Origin: Thermoanaerobaculia bacterium
GTDB taxonomy: Bacteria > Acidobacteriota > Thermoanaerobaculia > UBA5066
Reading direction: 5' to 3'
NCBI GenBank assembly: GCA_038245905.1
Contig: JBBRRY010000024.1
Location: forward strand, 1-61,060
Length of the DNA stretch: 61,060 nucleotides
Each line of letters begins with the position of its first letter. The stretch's first letter is position 1. A model generated the notes under the pieces. The model was not told the origin of the DNA. It worked only from the letters and a program-made list of their open reading frames with translations, and did not search any database. This document shows, piece by piece, positions 53,020 through 61,060 of this stretch. Both the position numbers and the translations under genes were made by a program.

Positions 53020-53367
53020 TCAGCCCTTCTTCGCGTTCCCGTCGGTGCCAGGCAGGAGGCCGTGCAGGTCGCAGTGGCCGGCGTGCGGGTGATGAAGGGC
53101 GCCGGCGACGTCGTAATCCAGGTGATCGCCGTGTGGGACGCGCTCGTGGCCGCAGGACCCTCCGTGCGCCTCGCCGCACTCGATGGGCGCGCAGACGTCC
53201 GGCCGTTTCCGGTCCACTTCGAGGCGGTGCTCGTCGAGATGGTTCTCGTGGGGCGCGTGCAGGTGCCCGTCATGGAGGTAGTCCGCGTGGTCGCCGTGCC
53301 GTACGGCCTTGTGGCCGCAGCTCGGCCCGTGCTGGTGCTTGTGACTCTCGTGCTCGCGGCAGGACAC
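53020..53367 (-). CDS. small His/Cys-rich putative metal-binding protein (two internal repeats)
   Basis: GAGGAGG SD before GTG 53367; HGxSCGHxxVxHGDHxDY...LHxPH occurs twice; divergent from the metal ABC operon. Confidence 0.78.
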   Translation of the reverse strand: MSCREHESHKHQHGPSCGHKAVRHGDHADYLHDGHLHAPHENHLDEHRLEVDRKRPDVCAPIECGEAHGGSCGHERVPHGDHLDYDVAGALHHPHAGHCDLHGLLPGTDGNAKKG

Positions 53368-53416
53368 GTTTGGCCTCCTCATGCATCGTCGCTCGCCGCG
53401 ATGCGCGGGTCAACCG

Positions 53417-53433
53417 TGGGATAATTTTTTCCA
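53417..53433. promoter_or_regulatory. candidate Fur/Zur-family operator overlapping -10 (GATAAT)
   Basis: AT-rich imperfect 8-1-8 palindrome TGGGATAA-T-TTTTTCCA directly before the znuA-like ATG. Confidence 0.45.
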
Positions 53434-53434
53434 G

Positions 53435-54319
53435 ATGAGGCGATTTTCACGATTGTTGCTCGTTGCCTGCCTCCTCGCGGCGGCGGGACGGGGAGAGTGC
53501 GCTCCCGCGCGGCAGGTCGCCGCGGCGACGATCGCGCCCCTCGCGAGTCTCGCGTCGATGGTGGCCGGCCCGGAGTGGGACGTCCGGACGGTCATTCCGC
53601 CGGGGATGTCCCCGCACGTGTTCGAACCTGCACCGCGCGACGTCCGGCGGTTCGCGCCCGCGCGCCTCGTGGTCACCGTGGGCGCGGGTTACGACGACTG
53701 GGCGGGAAGGCTCGTCGCGGCGTGCGCCACGGGCGCGGTCCTCTACGACGCCGGGCTGTCCGTGGGTGTCAAACGGGGTGACGGCGGCGATCACGACGGG
53801 GAGCTCGGCCGGGACCCGCACTGGTGGCTCTCTCCGAAGCGGGCGGCGCGCGCGCTGGCGCCGCTCGCCGAGCTGTTTGCCCGGCTCGATCCGCCGCGCG
53901 CCGAGGGCTACCTTCGCCGGGCGCGCGCCGGCGCCGCGGCCCTTCTCGCGCTGGACGACGAGCTCGCCGCGCTACTCGGTCCGGTGAGGGGAGCGACCGT
54001 CGTCGCCGCGCACAACTCGTGGGCGTATTTCACCTCGGACTACGGCCTCGTGGACGGAGGCGCGATCGAGACGGCTCCGGGAAGGGAGCCGTCGCCGCGG
54101 GATCTGCGAAAGCTCCTCGACCTCGTCCACGCGCGAAAGGTCCGCGCCGTCTTCGCGGAACCTCAGTTCTCGCCCGCGGCCGCGCGCGTGCTCGCCTCGG
54201 ACGCGGGGATCCGTGTCGCGTTCGTGGATCCGATCGGCGGGGTGCCGGGGCGCACGGACTACGCCGACCTTCTGCGGTACGACGCCCACGCGTTCCGCGA
54301 CGCGCTCGGTTCGCCATGA
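53435..54319 (+). CDS. znuA: Zn/Mn ABC transporter substrate-binding protein
   Basis: SPHVFEP, DPHWWLSP, HNSWAYF, EPSP, EPQF; signal peptide. Confidence 0.85.
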   Translation: MRRFSRLLLVACLLAAAGRGECAPARQVAAATIAPLASLASMVAGPEWDVRTVIPPGMSPHVFEPAPRDVRRFAPARLVVTVGAGYDDWAGRLVAACATGAVLYDAGLSVGVKRGDGGDHDGELGRDPHWWLSPKRAARALAPLAELFARLDPPRAEGYLRRARAGAAALLALDDELAALLGPVRGATVVAAHNSWAYFTSDYGLVDGGAIETAPGREPSPRDLRKLLDLVHARKVRAVFAEPQFSPAAARVLASDAGIRVAFVDPIGGVPGRTDYADLLRYDAHAFRDALGSP

Positions 54320-54993
54320 ACGTCGGGGTCCGTTTCGAGAATGTCGGCGTACGGATGGGCGGGCGGACGGTCGTCGAGGAGGCGAGCTTCGAGATTCGTC
54401 CGGGAGAGCGGACCGCATTCCTGGGACCGAACGGGGGAGGGAAGACCACGCTCATGCGTGTCCTCCTGGGGCTCCTCGAGCCGGACGCGGGCCGCGTCAT
54501 GTTTCTCGAAGACGGCCGGGAGATTCCCCGCCCGCGCGTCGGCTACCTTTCGCAGCGCTCCACGCTCCACGCGGACGCTCCGCTGTCGGGCGTGGACCTC
54601 GTCGCGCTGACGCTTGCCCCGGCACCTGGCTTCTCAGGCCTAGGCCCCGCGCGCGCCGGAGCGCAGGTCGCTCTCTCTCGCGCCGGACTCGCCGCTGACA
54701 AGCAGGCCCTGCCCGTGGGGCGCCTCTCGGGAGGGCAGCGGCAGCGCGTCCTTCTGGCGCGGGCGATCGCCGGCTCGCCTCCGCTCCTCGTTCTGGACGA
54801 GCCCGACACGGCTCTCGACGCGGAAGGCCTCGCGACTCTCCGGCGCCTCGTGACCGAGGAAGTCGCGGCGGGCCGCACGGTCGTCTACGTCACGCACGAC
54901 AGCGATGCGATGGGAGGGGCCGACGCCGTTTTCAGCGTGGACGGACGCGTGAGCGTGGGGACACCCCTCCACTCTCACGGGGCGGCCTCGTGA
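54316..54993 (+). CDS. znuC: metal ABC transporter ATPase
   Basis: [24 protein letters not shown]. Confidence 0.85.
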   Translation: MNVGVRFENVGVRMGGRTVVEEASFEIRPGERTAFLGPNGGGKTTLMRVLLGLLEPDAGRVMFLEDGREIPRPRVGYLSQRSTLHADAPLSGVDLVALTLAPAPGFSGLGPARAGAQVALSRAGLAADKQALPVGRLSGGQRQRVLLARAIAGSPPLLVLDEPDTALDAEGLATLRRLVTEEVAAGRTVVYVTHDSDAMGGADAVFSVDGRVSVGTPLHSHGAAS

Positions 54994-55820
54994 TCGAGTT
55001 CCTCGCCTATCCGTTCTTCCAGCGGGCGCTCCTCGCGGGCGCGCTCGCTGCGCTTCTCTGCGGCGCACTTTCGTTCTTCGTCGTCCTCCGGCGTCTCGCG
55101 TTTGTGGGCTCAGGCGTCGCGCACGCCACGTTTGGGGGAGTGGCGCTGGCGACGCTGGCCGGGCTGCCGCCGGGCCTCGGGGGTCTCGTCGCGTCGCTCG
55201 CCGTGGCGGCCGCGACGGCCCGGGCGTCGGAGAGCGCGGACGTCACGGAGGACACCGCGGTGGGCGTCTTCACGGTCGCCGCGATGGCCGCAGGCGTCGT
55301 GGCGCTCGGTTTCGTGAAGACGAACGTGGACCTCTTCGGTCTCATGTTCGGCAACATCCTGACGGTGAATCCGTCGGACCTCCTGATCCTCGCGGGAGCG
55401 ACCGCGGGAGTCCTCGTGGCGCTCGCGTTCTTCTTCCGGCCGCTCCTTCTCGCCTCCGTCGACGAGGAGGGCGCGCGCGCGGCCGGGGTCGCCACTGGAG
55501 GAATGAGGCTCCTCGTGCTCGTCCTCATCGCGGTCGCCGTCGTCGTCGCCCTGAAGGTCGTCGGCATCCTCCTCGTGTCGGCGCTGCTCGTCCTGCCGGG
55601 CGCCACCGCGCGGCCGCTCGCGAGCCGCTGGCCCGGTTTTCTGACGATCTCGATCGCCGTCGCGCTCGTCTCCGTCCTCGGAGGACTGCTCCTCTCCGTG
55701 GCGCTCGACGTCGCGTCCGGCGCCGCGATCATCCTGCTCGGTGCCGCGCTGTTCGTCGGCGCGCTGGCGTTTGCGCGGGTCCGCGCGCGTCTCGGCGGCC
55801 GGTCTATCCTTGGGGCATGA
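54990..55820 (+). CDS. znuB: metal ABC transporter permease
   Basis: ABC-3 pattern [32 protein letters not shown]. Confidence 0.87.
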   Translation: MIEFLAYPFFQRALLAGALAALLCGALSFFVVLRRLAFVGSGVAHATFGGVALATLAGLPPGLGGLVASLAVAAATARASESADVTEDTAVGVFTVAAMAAGVVALGFVKTNVDLFGLMFGNILTVNPSDLLILAGATAGVLVALAFFFRPLLLASVDEEGARAAGVATGGMRLLVLVLIAVAVVVALKVVGILLVSALLVLPGATARPLASRWPGFLTISIAVALVSVLGGLLLSVALDVASGAAIILLGAALFVGALAFARVRARLGGRSILGA

Positions 55821-56578
55821 GCACCGCGACGCTTCCGAACAAGCTCGTCCTCGTCCGTCACGGCGAGAGCACGTGGAACCTCGAGAACCGCTTCACGGGC
55901 TGGGTGGACGTCGGCCTCTCGCCGAAAGGCGTCGAAGAGGCGCACGCCGCCGGGCGATTGCTCAAGTCAGATGGATTTCGCTTTGACCGTCTTTTCACGT
56001 CTCTTCTTTCGCGCGCGATTCTCACCGCGCAAATCGTCCTCGAGGAGCTGGACCAGCTCTGGCTGCCCGTCGAACGCTCCTGGCGCCTGAACGAGAGGCA
56101 CTACGGCGCTCTCCAGGGACTCAACAAGAAAGAGACGGCGCAGAAGTACGGCGACGAGCAGCTCTTCAAGTGGCGGCGCGGGTACGCGATCACGCCGCCC
56201 CCGCTCGGCGCGGACGATCCCGACCAGCCGCGCTTCGATCCGCGCTACGCGGGAATGCCGCCGGAGATCCTCCCGGCGACCGAGAGCCTCGCCCTCGTCG
56301 TGGACCGCGTCCTCCCGTACTGGTACGACGCGATCGTCCCGCGCCTCGCCCGCGATGAGCAGGTTCTCGTCGCGGCTCACGGCAACAGCTTGCGCGCGCT
56401 CGTGAAGCACCTCGACGGGATCTCCGACGAGGACATCCCCGAGCTGAACATCCCGACGGGGATTCCGCTCGTCTACACGCTCGACACATCGTTCCGAAAG
56501 GTCGACAGCCGATACCTCGGCGACGCTGATCTGGCGAGAAAAGCCGCTGAGGCCGTCGCGAAGCAGGCGCAGAGATAG
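55817..56578 (+). CDS. gpmA: 2,3-bisphosphoglycerate-dependent phosphoglycerate mutase
   Basis: [45 protein letters not shown]. Confidence 0.96.
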   Translation: MSTATLPNKLVLVRHGESTWNLENRFTGWVDVGLSPKGVEEAHAAGRLLKSDGFRFDRLFTSLLSRAILTAQIVLEELDQLWLPVERSWRLNERHYGALQGLNKKETAQKYGDEQLFKWRRGYAITPPPLGADDPDQPRFDPRYAGMPPEILPATESLALVVDRVLPYWYDAIVPRLARDEQVLVAAHGNSLRALVKHLDGISDEDIPELNIPTGIPLVYTLDTSFRKVDSRYLGDADLARKAAEAVAKQAQR

Positions 56579-56626
56579 CCTCGGCGGGCTCAGGCCCTGC
56601 CGTCGATCCCGCTGCGAACGCTCGAC

Positions 56627-56655
56627 TTGCGCCTCCACTCGTGATCTGCTAGAGT
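56627..56655 (+). promoter_or_regulatory. sigma70-type promoter for rpmB-rpmG
   Basis: TTGCGC, 17 bp, TAGAGT with extended TG; GGAGG SD downstream. Confidence 0.55.
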
Positions 56656-56681
56656 CACGGGTTCTGCCGGAGGAGTTCGAG

Positions 56682-56918
56682 ATGTCGGGAATCTGTCAGG
56701 TCACGGGAAGGCGCGCGGTAACGGGAAACAAGGTTTCCCGCGCAAACAACAAGACGAAGCGGCTTTTCAAGCCAAACATCCGTTCGCAGAGGTTCTGGCT
56801 TGCCGCCGAAAACCGCTGGGTGCGCCTCCGCGTTTCGACCGCCGCGATGCGGACGATCGACAAGAACGGCATTGACGCCGTCGTCGCCGGGATGCGCCGC
56901 GAAGGGAAAAGGGTCTAG
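56682..56918 (+). CDS. rpmB: 50S ribosomal protein L28 (no Zn ribbon)
   Basis: CQVTG...GNKVS.ANNKTKR.FKPN...RFW...LRVS...MRTIDK. Confidence 0.95.
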   Translation: MSGICQVTGRRAVTGNKVSRANNKTKRLFKPNIRSQRFWLAAENRWVRLRVSTAAMRTIDKNGIDAVVAGMRREGKRV

Positions 56919-56921
56919 CCT

Positions 56922-57074
56922 ATGCGCGAGAAGGTGAAGCTCGTCTCGACCGCGGGCACGGGTTACTTCTACACGATCACGAAGAACAAAAAGCTCCATC
57001 AGGACAAGATGGAAGTGAAGAAGTACGACCCCAAAATCCGCAAGCACGTCGCGTTCAAGGAATCGAAGATTTAG
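56922..57074 (+). CDS. rpmG: 50S ribosomal protein L33 (Cys-free); not in the supplied ORF track
   Basis: Manual translation: [50 protein letters not shown]. Confidence 0.95.
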   Translation: MREKVKLVSTAGTGYFYTITKNKKLHQDKMEVKKYDPKIRKHVAFKESKI

Positions 57075-59814
57075 ACTTCGGTTTCTTTTCCCCCCAGCTG
57101 TCTACCTCCACCGGCGCCGGTAATCCCGTCTCCTTGAGCTGGGGGAGGATCGTCGCCTTGTCTCCCACGAGGACGAGGACGCCGCGGTCGAGCGCGATCG
57201 CGGTCTTCGCGGAGGCGTTCAGCGCGGCGGCATCGAGGGAGGATTGTGCCGCGAGGTCTTCGCCGAGCGTCTCGAAGCGGGCCCCGAGCTCTGCGTACGT
57301 CGTCGCGGTCGCGAGGATTCCCGAAAGGCCGGAGAAACCCTCCACGGCGCCATTCTTGACGATGTCCCGGGCCTTCCCGACTTCGTCCGGCGTGACGTCG
57401 CCGCTCGAGAAACGGGCGAACTCGGACAGGAACTCCCGAAGCGACGCGCCGGTCACCTTGGCGGTCACGTCGGCGCCGGCGGTGAACGCTCCGGTCGCCC
57501 GGCCGAGGCCGAAACGGGAGGATGCCCCGTATGTGTACCCGTTCTTCTCCCTGAGATTCTGGTTCAGGCGGCTCGTGAAGCTGCCGCCGAGAATGGTGCC
57601 GAGCAGGCGAAGTCTCGGCCGCGCGGGATCCGCGAACACGGGCGCGGGGGTGGCAAACCGCACGACGGTCTGCGGCGCCTCGGGTCGGTCCACGATGACG
57701 AGCCTCGGGCCGCCGTTCCGTGATGGCGTCGCCGGGACCGGAACCACGGGCGGCTTTCCTCCCTCGGCTTTCCAGTCGCCGAGGGCCTTCTCGAGCGCGG
57801 CCATCGTCTCCGTGGCGGAGAGGCTTCCCGCGACGACGAGGGTCGCGAGGTCGGGGCGGACGAGCGCGGCGCGCTCGGCCTTCACCCGATCGAGCGTGAT
57901 CGCCTCCACGGAGGCCGGCGTGCCTTCGACGGGCCAGGCGTACGGATGTCCGTCCCCATAGAGCGCACGGTTGACGACTCTCGCCGCGACTTGGTCCGGC
58001 CGCTCGTCCGACTGTACGAGATCGTCGAGGGCGAGACGTTTGACGCGCGCGAAATCCTTCTCTTCGAAACGCGGCCGGCGCACGGCGTCCGCGAGAAGGG
58101 AGGCGCCCTTGAAGAAATTGCGGGAGAGAACCGTCATGGTCACTTCGAGCGCGTTGCGGCCGGCCGTGGAGGAGAACCGTCCTCCGAGAGCGGCCACGGC
58201 CTCGCCGAACCGCAGCGCGTCGAGATCGCCCGCGCCTTCGTCGAGCATCTGGGCCGTGAGGGACGCGAGTCCCGCGTCGCGGCCGTCGGGGGCCGTCAAC
58301 GCTCCGCCTGTCTGGAGGAGGAGACGTACCGCCGTCAGCGGCAGCTCGGGCGTGCGCCAGAACTGTACGGGAATCCCGTTCGCGAGTGTGAAGCGCTCCG
58401 GCGCGGGAGGACGGAACGCCGCAGGTGTGCCGTCTTTCGGGCGCGTGTCGCGTGGGCCGGGCCCGCGCTTCGGCTGCTCGGCGAGGACGCGGAAGATGAC
58501 GCGCGCGTTCGGTGTGAGGACCTTGCGCGCCGTCTCGAGGACGCCGGTAGTCGTCGCGTTCCGGTAGCGGTCGAGGTCGCGTTGGAATCCGTTCGGGTCG
58601 CCCCAGAAGAACTCGTACTGGTTCAGGAAGTCGGCGCGGGTCTCGAGCCTCTGGAGGGAGGAGAGTTTTCCGGCCTCGATCGTCGCCTTGCGCTGGTCCA
58701 GCTCGAGCTGCGTCGGGCCGTCCTTCAGGAAGCGCGCGAGCTCTTCGTCGACGACTTTCTCGACGCGGTCGAGGTCCACACCGGGGCGCGTCTGGACGTC
58801 GATGCGGAAGACCGAGCCGAGCAACTGGCTGGAGTTGTTCGCGGTCACCGAGGCTGCAAGTGCTTCGTCCACGACGAGGCGTTTGAAGAGCCGGCTGCTC
58901 TTACCGTCGGCGAGGACGGCCGACAGGAGATCCGTCTCTGCGTCGCCGGGGCTGAATCCCTTCGGCGCGTGATAGGCGAAGGAAACCTGGGGGAGCTGAA
59001 CCTTGTCGAACACGATCCCGCGCTTCACGCCGTCCAGGGTCGCCGGGGGCACCGCGCGCCGCGGCCCGTCGGCGCCGCGCGGCAGGCTGCCGAAAAGCGA
59101 CTCGACGAGCGGCCGGACCGCCTTCGGATCGAAATCGCCCGCCACGACGAGGCTCGCATTCGACGGCGTGTAGTACGTCGCGAAGAAGTCCTTCACGTCG
59201 TTCACCTTTGCCGCCTCGAGGTCCTCCTCCGTGCCGATCGTCGAGAAGTGGTACGGGTGCGCGCCGGGGTAGAGCAGATACTGAATCGCGAGCTCGGCGC
59301 GGCCGTACGGCTGATTCTCGTAGCTCTGCCGGAGCTCGTTCAGGACGACGTCCCGCTGGAGGTCCAGCTTCTTCTGGTCCATGGCCCGCGCGAGATCCTC
59401 GAGCCGGTCGGCGTCGAGCCAGAGGAGAGTCGGCAGGAGTGATGCGGGGCCGGAGGAGTAGTAGTTCGTCCGGTCGGCGGACGTCGACGCATTGTTCGAC
59501 CCGCCCGCGGCCTCCATGATCCGGTCGAAGTCGCCGTTCGGGACGCGCTCGGTCCCCATGAACATCAGATGCTCGAAAAGGTGCGCGAAACCGCTCCGGT
59601 GCGGCATCTCGTCCTTGCTGCCGACGCGGTACCAGATGTTGACGGTGGCGGTCGGAAGGGCGTGGTCCGGGTAAAGGATCACCGTCATCCCGTTTTTCAG
59701 CGAAAATTTCTCGACGGCGAGGCTTTGCGCAGGAGCGGAAGCCGGAGCGAGAAGGACAACGGTGAGGAGTCCGGCGAGGACGGCAAGCGGCCTGGGAAGC
59801 ATGATTCGGCGCAT
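57055..59814 (-). CDS. M16 family zinc peptidase (two-module, exported)
   Basis: HLFEH inverted zincin, NASTS.DRTNYY, VLNE; second module with [16 protein letters not shown]; signal peptide after ATG 59814. Confidence 0.92.
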   Translation of the reverse strand: MRRIMLPRPLAVLAGLLTVVLLAPASAPAQSLAVEKFSLKNGMTVILYPDHALPTATVNIWYRVGSKDEMPHRSGFAHLFEHLMFMGTERVPNGDFDRIMEAAGGSNNASTSADRTNYYSSGPASLLPTLLWLDADRLEDLARAMDQKKLDLQRDVVLNELRQSYENQPYGRAELAIQYLLYPGAHPYHFSTIGTEEDLEAAKVNDVKDFFATYYTPSNASLVVAGDFDPKAVRPLVESLFGSLPRGADGPRRAVPPATLDGVKRGIVFDKVQLPQVSFAYHAPKGFSPGDAETDLLSAVLADGKSSRLFKRLVVDEALAASVTANNSSQLLGSVFRIDVQTRPGVDLDRVEKVVDEELARFLKDGPTQLELDQRKATIEAGKLSSLQRLETRADFLNQYEFFWGDPNGFQRDLDRYRNATTTGVLETARKVLTPNARVIFRVLAEQPKRGPGPRDTRPKDGTPAAFRPPAPERFTLANGIPVQFWRTPELPLTAVRLLLQTGGALTAPDGRDAGLASLTAQMLDEGAGDLDALRFGEAVAALGGRFSSTAGRNALEVTMTVLSRNFFKGASLLADAVRRPRFEEKDFARVKRLALDDLVQSDERPDQVAARVVNRALYGDGHPYAWPVEGTPASVEAITLDRVKAERAALVRPDLATLVVAGSLSATETMAALEKALGDWKAEGGKPPVVPVPATPSRNGGPRLVIVDRPEAPQTVVRFATPAPVFADPARPRLRLLGTILGGSFTSRLNQNLREKNGYTYGASSRFGLGRATGAFTAGADVTAKVTGASLREFLSEFARFSSGDVTPDEVGKARDIVKNGAVEGFSGLSGILATATTYAELGARFETLGEDLAAQSSLDAAALNASAKTAIALDRGVLVLVGDKATILPQLKETGLPAPVEVDSWGEKKPKSKSSIP

Positions 59815-59820
59815 GGCTGC

Positions 59821-59827
59821 TAGGATA
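59821..59827. promoter_or_regulatory. overlapping bidirectional -10 elements
   Basis: TAGGAT (+) lies 6 nt before the sod ATG; TATCCT (-) lies 7 nt before the M16 ATG; only 18 bp separate the two starts. Confidence 0.65.
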
Positions 59828-59832
59828 GATCC

Positions 59833-60546
59833 ATGAGTGAAATCAAGCACGACAACCGCCGCGATTTCGTCAAGACCGTCGCCGTCGCCGCCGCCGCTCT
59901 TTCCGCCAAAGAGGTGGGCTTTCCGTCGATTGCGACGGGGGCCTCGCCGATCGTCCTTCCCGCCCTTCCCTGGCCCGACAACGCGCTCGAGCCCTTCATC
60001 TCGAAGAACACGATCGGCTTCCATTACGGGAAGCACCACAAGGCTTACGTCGACAACCTGAACGGCCTCATCGCCGGCAAGCCGGAAGCCGACCTGGACC
60101 TCGTCGCGATCGTGAAGGGTGCGGCAGGGAAGGCCGACAAGACAGCCGTCTTCAGCAACGCCGCGCAGATCTGGAACCACACGTTCTACTGGAACAGCCT
60201 GCGGCCGAAGACCGACGCGAAGATGCCGAAGGAGATCGCGGACAAGATCGAGGCCTCCTTCGCCGGCGGCTACGAGGGGTTCAAGAAGGAATTCACGGAC
60301 GCCGCCATGGGACAGTTCGGAAGCGGATGGGCGTGGCTCGTGGCGGAGGGCGGGAAGCTCAAGGTCACGAAGACGCCGAACGCCGAGAACCCGCTGACGA
60401 CCGGCGCCACGCCGCTCCTGACGCTCGACGTCTGGGAGCATGCGTACTACCTCGACTACCAGAACAAGCGGAAGGACTACGCTCTCGCCGTGATCGACAA
60501 CCTTCTGAACTGGGAGTTCGCGGCGAAGAACCTGCCGAAAGCCTGA
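59833..60546 (+). CDS. sodB: Fe superoxide dismutase with Tat signal
   Basis: HYGKHH, NAAQIWNHTFYW (Fe-type AAQ), FGSGWAW, DVWEHAYY; N-terminal NRRDFVK. Confidence 0.92.
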   Translation: MSEIKHDNRRDFVKTVAVAAAALSAKEVGFPSIATGASPIVLPALPWPDNALEPFISKNTIGFHYGKHHKAYVDNLNGLIAGKPEADLDLVAIVKGAAGKADKTAVFSNAAQIWNHTFYWNSLRPKTDAKMPKEIADKIEASFAGGYEGFKKEFTDAAMGQFGSGWAWLVAEGGKLKVTKTPNAENPLTTGATPLLTLDVWEHAYYLDYQNKRKDYALAVIDNLLNWEFAAKNLPKA

Positions 60547-60567
60547 GCTACGGGCTCCAGCCGGCGG

Positions 60568-60951
60568 TACCCGTGCGCGCCGCCGGTGTCCCTTGAGGCG
60601 ACCTACCGCAACTCCCGCGTGGCATTCACTGGCTCCGTCACACGAGTCGCCACGGATTACGAAACGGGCATCACGCACTTCAGGTTCCGCGTGCCGCGAT
60701 ACTTCAAAGGCGTAGCCGGCGCGGACACACAGGTCGCTACTTCCGGCGGGTGTCGGGAGTCCTTCTCGCGCGAAATACCGTACCTCGTCTTTGTCGGGTA
60801 TGTGAACGATAAGGCTCTTCACGGCCTCCCCTTCACGAACCAGTGCATGGGAAACCGCCTGGCCAGCAGGCTCCGGAAAAGCGCCACGATCTGGGTAGCG
60901 GTTCGGCTCAACCCTCGCTGCCTAACCCGTCGTTGCAGCGGACTTCCATGA
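60568..60951 (+). pseudogene. 5'-truncated TIMP/NTR-like gene fragment, possibly a decayed gene cassette
   Basis: xxCAPP...VAFTGSV...F.V.RYFKG...V.T...C...F...YLVF...C pattern; no signal peptide or SD; lower GC; runs into an attC-like sequence. Confidence 0.4.
60920..60943 (+). mobile_element. attC-like left arm (R''-L'')
   Basis: GCCTAAC (RYYYAAC), 5-bp spacer CCGTC, GTTGCAGC, GGAC; partner arm not visible in the window. Confidence 0.5.
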
Positions 60952-61060
60952 GAAGGCCGGTCGTAGTCAAGAGAGGGCTGAGATCTTCGGTGGAAATTCC
61001 CGGGCTCGAGTTGGTCGCCGTGCTTCCATTCGCACTCGTGTGGGCCGCGTCGTGTCGGCC

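Noticed and set aside
57055-57074. Convergent 20-bp overlap of rpmG and the M16 gene as antisense regulation
   Set aside because: Short 3' overlaps are common in compact high-GC genomes and there is no further support.
59815-60822. 1255-aa version of the M16 peptidase
   Set aside because: The extension is antisense to sodB; the signal peptide and -10 element place the real start at 59814.
60544-60951. Stop-codon readthrough fusing sodB to the downstream in-frame ORF
   Set aside because: SOD ends at its normal C-terminus, no SECIS-like evidence was recognised, and same-frame adjacency has a 1-in-3 chance.

Overview
This is a high-GC bacterial chromosomal window. It is probably from an Acidobacteriota-like organism, inferred from the kinase/beta-propeller expansion and the wHTH-FHA regulator. 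Core gene blocks: partial carbamate kinase; a FadR-box-controlled beta-oxidation operon; deoB separated by about 22.6 kb from nupC-punA-cdd-deaminase-pdp; ABC-F-cinA-plsY-gpsA; a znuACB-like metal ABC locus with a His/Cys-rich protein; gpmA; Cys-free rpmB-rpmG; an M16 peptidase; and a Tat-signal Fe-SOD. Seven Hanks-type Ser/Thr kinases (six with PD40/TolB-like propellers, one with TPRs) plus a decayed eighth start are interspersed; they are mosaic and one is degenerate. The most unusual signal is a recurrent AT-rich motif, consensus about CTCTTCACCTTC(T/A/G)AAGAA(A)TCTTCC plus a pyrimidine tail. It sits inside unrelated coding sequences, on both strands and in different reading frames, forces rare codons, and often occurs as inverted pairs. 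Other points: a peroxiredoxin with a histone-H1-like tail, several apparently leaderless genes including a bidirectional -10 element, a halogenase-like/radical SAM/acyltransferase trio, and a probable attC half-site at the right edge. No rRNA, tRNA, CRISPR array, transposase or integrase was recognised.
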